12,077 nt of DNA from a bacterium (GTDB lineage Bacteria > Hinthialibacterota > Hinthialibacteria > Hinthialibacterales > Hinthialibacteraceae), in contig CAXXSM010000127.1 in the NCBI GenBank assembly GCA_963663405.2, forward strand, positions 1 through 12,077. Reading direction: 5' to 3'. Shown in pieces: positions 8,363 to 12,077 of the stretch (position 1 is its first letter; every line of letters begins with the position of its first letter). A program made the position numbers and the translations under genes. Below the pieces are notes generated by a model. It had not been told where the DNA came from and searched no databases. It saw only the letters and a program-made list of their open reading frames with translations.

Positions 8363-10999
8363 TCACCCTGCGCCATTCGCAAGAAACCGGCAAATACTCT
8401 CCCCCGCTTCCTGGCCCTCCGCGATCGCTTGAACCACCGTTGTGCCGCCGTTAACCAGGTCCCCTGCGGCGAATATGCCTTTCTGCGATGTCATCCAGGT
8501 TTTCGGATCAACCTCCACCAAAAGATTCTTTGTCAGCTGAACAGGATTGAGAACTTCCGCCGCTTTCGGAAAGATTTTGTCGCCGATCGCTTCAATCGCC
8601 CATGCTTACGGGGATCACATGCTCCGTCCCCTCAATCGCGACAGGGCGGCGGCGGCCGGATTCATCCGGCTCGCTTAGTTCTGTCCGTTCGACGCGCACA
8701 CCGATTAGAATGCCATCCGAATCGGTAACCCACGCGATGGGCTGCGTTAATAGAATAATATGAATACCCAATTCCAACGCTTTTTCCCGTTCATATGGCC
8801 AGGCGGGCATTTCTTGATAACTGCGGCGATAGATCAGATAGACATCCGGCGCGCCGCGTTCTTTCGCGATTGTCGCGGCGTCAAAAGCGGTGTTCCCTCC
8901 ACCGATTACGGCCACTTTGCCTTCAATGCGATGCTGGGTGTTCCGGTTCATCTGGGTAAGAAATCCGAGCGCGTCGATCACACCTTCCGGCCGGGATTCA
9001 TCACTGACAAGGCTGGCGGTGTTCCCTAAACCAAAGGTAAGCGCGATCGCGTCGAATCCCTCATCCATGATATCGCGTACGGTATAGTTCGGACCGAGAG
9101 ACGTGTTCCAGCGCCATGCAAGCCGGTTTGGACCGATCGATTTGAAGATGGAATGAATCTCGGCGGTGGCGCGTTCGAGCGGCATGCGTTCATCCGGAAT
9201 CACAGTGATGGCTTTCCCACCGGCGCGCGCGCTGCGTTCGATGAGTACAACCTGATGCCCTTCTTCCAGAAGCGCGGCGGCGCAGGCAAGCCCCGCCGGT
9301 CCAGCGCCGGCGATCGCCACCCGCTTGCCCGTATCCTTCACCGGAACTTCAAGCGTGGTCCACCCTTCATCCACCGCCCGTTCAGAAATATAGCGCTGTA
9401 TGCGCGCGATATGCACGGGACCTTCTCCAAGAAGCCGTTCAATGCAATTCCCCTCACACAACGTCTCCACTGGACAAACACACCCACAGATCTCCGACAG
9501 CAAGTTTGTCCGCCGTAAAATCCGGTAGGCCTCCCGCTCGTTTCCATCCGCCATCTCTTTTAGAAAACCGGGGATATCGATCTTCGCGGGACACATCTCC
9601 ACACATCCTGGATCGAAACAATCCCGGCATTGCGCGGCCATCCTTCGCACATACGCTGGATCTCTCCACCGTCCTTCGCGATAGATCGGCGCATAAATCT
9701 CCGGATCGCGGGGCACACACCCGGTCCGCCCCTTGTCACGCATGATCTGCGTGCAGGAAGAACAACTGACGCAGACCTTGCCCGGATCCATCCGGCCGGT
9801 CTTGACGATGTCTTTAGCGAAATCAGGATACGCGAATCCACCACGTCCCAAACCAACAATCTTGTTCCATCCATTCTTCACGGCGGCGGCGGCGAAATAC
9901 GGCACATACTCCCGCAGCCATGTGTATCCCGTGCCGACAATGGTCAATTCCGGATACGTCTCCTGCGTCCGCTTCGCGCAATGAAGAAGCCGCTCCACTC
10001 CCTCTAAGGGATGCTCTTGTTGGAACCTTGCCCCCTTGGACAGGCCAATCAAATGGACGCCCGTAATGTGGATTGTAATAGGGATTGGCGATTGAGATAT
10101 TGAGACCGTGATATCCTAAATCCCGCAGTTGCCCAATCAAGCGCAGGGGTTCCGTTAAATCTTGTTTTGATAGTCCTCTTGATCCACACCCCAACCATAG
10201 GGATGGGAGATCGCGTCGTAAACGTTTAAGCGCGAGGTCACTTCAAAATCAGGAATCAGTTTGCGGATTTTCGAAACGGTCTCTAAAAGCAGCCGAACCC
10301 GGTTTTCATACGCTCCACCATACCGGCTGTTTTCACGGGTAAAAGAAGCGAAGAGTTCGCTCATGAGATAGCGGTGACAACTTTTAATATCAACCGCGTC
10401 AAATCCCACGTCCTTCGCCATCTGCGTTGCAGCGACATAGACATCCTGTAAGCGATCCAATTCTTCATCTGTTATGAGTGGATAATCCGGCGGCAGTTTA
10501 TGAATTGGATCAAGGATTTCACTGTGATGAGCGATGATGGGCTGCGGCTTTTTCACAGGACGGCTGTAACGTCCAGAGTGCGTCAGCTGCAGAACCAGGA
10601 ACGGATCGTGCCCCATTGACTCCTGCGCGGCCTCGCGGGTCATCGCGACCATATCTTTAAAATCGCCAAGAACCTTCTCATGAATCCAAAGTTGAAGCGG
10701 ATTGGCGCGGCTCTCTTTCAGCATCGCGCACGCTTCAAACCAGATCAATCCAGCCCCCCCCCCCGCGCCGAATCGCTTATAGCGGCGAAGAGTTAAATCC
10801 GATGGCGCTCCATTGACCAGCCCATCACAGCCTTCCATCGGGTGACAGGCCAGCCGGTTGGGAACCATTTTCTTCCCAAACGCCACTGGCTCCGCCAATA
10901 TTCCCACGTCATCCATTGAAGGCAAATCAAGCCCCAATTCATCAATCTTCGCCGCAATTCCTCCATAGACTTATAGTTAAATCGTTCGTGTTCCGCCAT
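8363..10999 (-). CDS. NADH:flavin oxidoreductase (OYE family) fused to a GltD/PreT-like NADPH-FAD-[4Fe-4S] module, ~878 aa after correcting four single-base indels
   Basis: Start MAEHERF at 10999 after AGAGGA. OYE motifs NRLACHPMEGCD, GGAGLIWFEA, LQLTHSGR, GFDAVDIKSCHRYL, YGG.YENR, GLGRGGFAYPD; cluster motif CVSCSSC-x11-C; then CRDCFDPGCVEMCP, CGCVCP..LCEGNC, GAGPAG, GGGNTAFD, YRRS and a C-terminal GIFAAGDLVNGGTTVVQAIAEG before the TGA at 8363. Indels: missing base at ~10952 and ~10165, extra base at ~10020-10035 and ~8600. Confidence 0.85.
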
Positions 11000-11124
11000 G
11001 ATTCCTCTATCTCGCATTCGTAAATCTATCTAAATGAAGCATAATCGGTCCGGGATTTATTGTACAGAGTGAGAGAAATGAGGATGGTTTTTAGGAGTGG
11101 AAAATTCGAATCGTGTGAAGAATT

Positions 11125-11138
11125 AATGGAATTCCATT
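11125..11138. promoter_or_regulatory. Perfect 14-bp palindrome, candidate transcription-factor operator
   Basis: AATGGAATTCCATT, ~125 bp upstream of the OYE-fusion start codon. Confidence 0.4.
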
Positions 11139-11180
11139 CAACATATCGAGCCCAATGGAGAAATAAAAAATCGTATACCG

Positions 11181-11623
11181 CTATTCCTGGCTGACCCGTT
11201 TATAGAGTTCGTCTTCACTCACAATACTGACACCTTTAAATTGCAGCGTCTCGATCACGCGGTTCACATCTTCGAACCGGAATATGAGAATCGCCTTTGT
11301 ATCGCGGCCAAGGTAAAAGCGTACATATATTCAACGTTCAATCCGCTCTCGTCAACAATTTTCAAAATTTCATTCAATCCACCCGGCCGGTCGGGAACCT
11401 CGATCGCCAACACTTCGGTTACATCCACGACATACTCAGCGTCCTCCAGGACTTCCAACGCCTTCCGCCAATCGGAGACGATCAATCGGAGAATACCGAA
11501 TTGCTGCGCATCCGCTAGCGTCAGCGTGAGGATGCTGATCCCCGCTTCGGCCAGCTGTGTGCAGGGCCCTGTCAGATGACCGACTTGATTCTCCACGAAA
11601 AGTGAAAGCTGATGCAGTTTCAT
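11181..11623 (-). CDS. Tandem ACT-domain (amino-acid-binding) protein, ~147 aa; one apparent frameshift at ~11308
   Basis: MKLHQLSLFVENQVGHL..FGILRLIV..VLAIEVPDRPGGL..NVEYMYAF. Adding one base continues the frame as GRDTKAILIFRFEDVNRVIETLQFKGVSIVSEDELYKRVSQE to the TAG at 11181. This family is a usual neighbour of paaK. Confidence 0.88.
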
Positions 11624-11704
11624 TGATTCCAGTCTCCCTTCGAGTATTGATTACCCAACTTCATTATACTCAACTTATGTTACGCCGTCCCTACTCTTGG
11701 ACCA

Positions 11705-12077
11705 TTATATTTGCCGGTTATCGATCACGCGTTTGGCTTTGCCCTCACTGCGTTTGATTGTAAATGGTTCAACCAGCCGGACCAAAACCCGGATTCCCAA
11801 CGTATGTTCAATAGCGCGAGCCAGTTTCTTGTGCAACTCCTCCATCGCCCGCATCTTGTCACTGAACACTTCGTGCGTCACCTCCACTTGCACTTCCATT
11901 GAATCGAGATCTTTTTCCCGGCTCAGGACAATCTGGTAATGCGGCAGCGTGCCCTCGACCGAGAGCAGCGCCGATTCAACCTGAGAAGGAAAGACGTTGA
12001 CGCACGGATGATGAACATATCATCGCTCCGGCGGCCGATGCGTTTCATACGGCGGATGGTTCGTCCACATTCGCACG
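11705..12077 (-). CDS. paaK: Phenylacetate-CoA ligase family protein, C-terminal part (5' end outside the window); one apparent frameshift at ~12003
   Basis: With one G restored at ~12003: [82 protein letters not shown], the characteristic PaaK C-terminus. Confidence 0.88.

Noticed and set aside
8592-10052. Calling the 486-aa ORF gltD or preT
   Set aside because: Its first ~125 aa are the end of the OYE barrel and its cluster motif, so it is part of a fusion; no gltB or preA partner is in the window.

Overview
Bacterial window with nine protein-coding genes and no rRNA, tRNA, CRISPR array or transposase. The left two-thirds has six consecutive genes with predicted export signals: a DUF5060-type protein (truncated by the window edge), a pectate-lyase-like beta-helix protein, a Gfo/Idh/MocA oxidoreductase, a Tat-exported GH5 glycoside hydrolase, a HEAT-repeat protein and a CehA/McbA-like PHP metallohydrolase. 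The right third, on the minus strand, has the 3' end of a phenylacetate-CoA ligase (paaK-like), an ACT-domain protein and a ~878-aa flavo-iron-sulfur protein that the ORF track splits into pieces. Reconstructed, it is an Old Yellow Enzyme barrel fused to a complete GltD/dihydropyrimidine-dehydrogenase-like NADPH-FAD-2x[4Fe-4S] module. Eight single-base indels, almost all in short homopolymers, break five genes and are most likely long-read errors. The intergenic DNA has four REP-like hairpins with compensatory changes (two form a REPIN-like doublet), a nested MITE-like element, two 9-bp-periodic palindromic elements and a perfect 14-bp palindrome upstream of the fusion gene. All calls come from motif recognition by eye; no searches were run.
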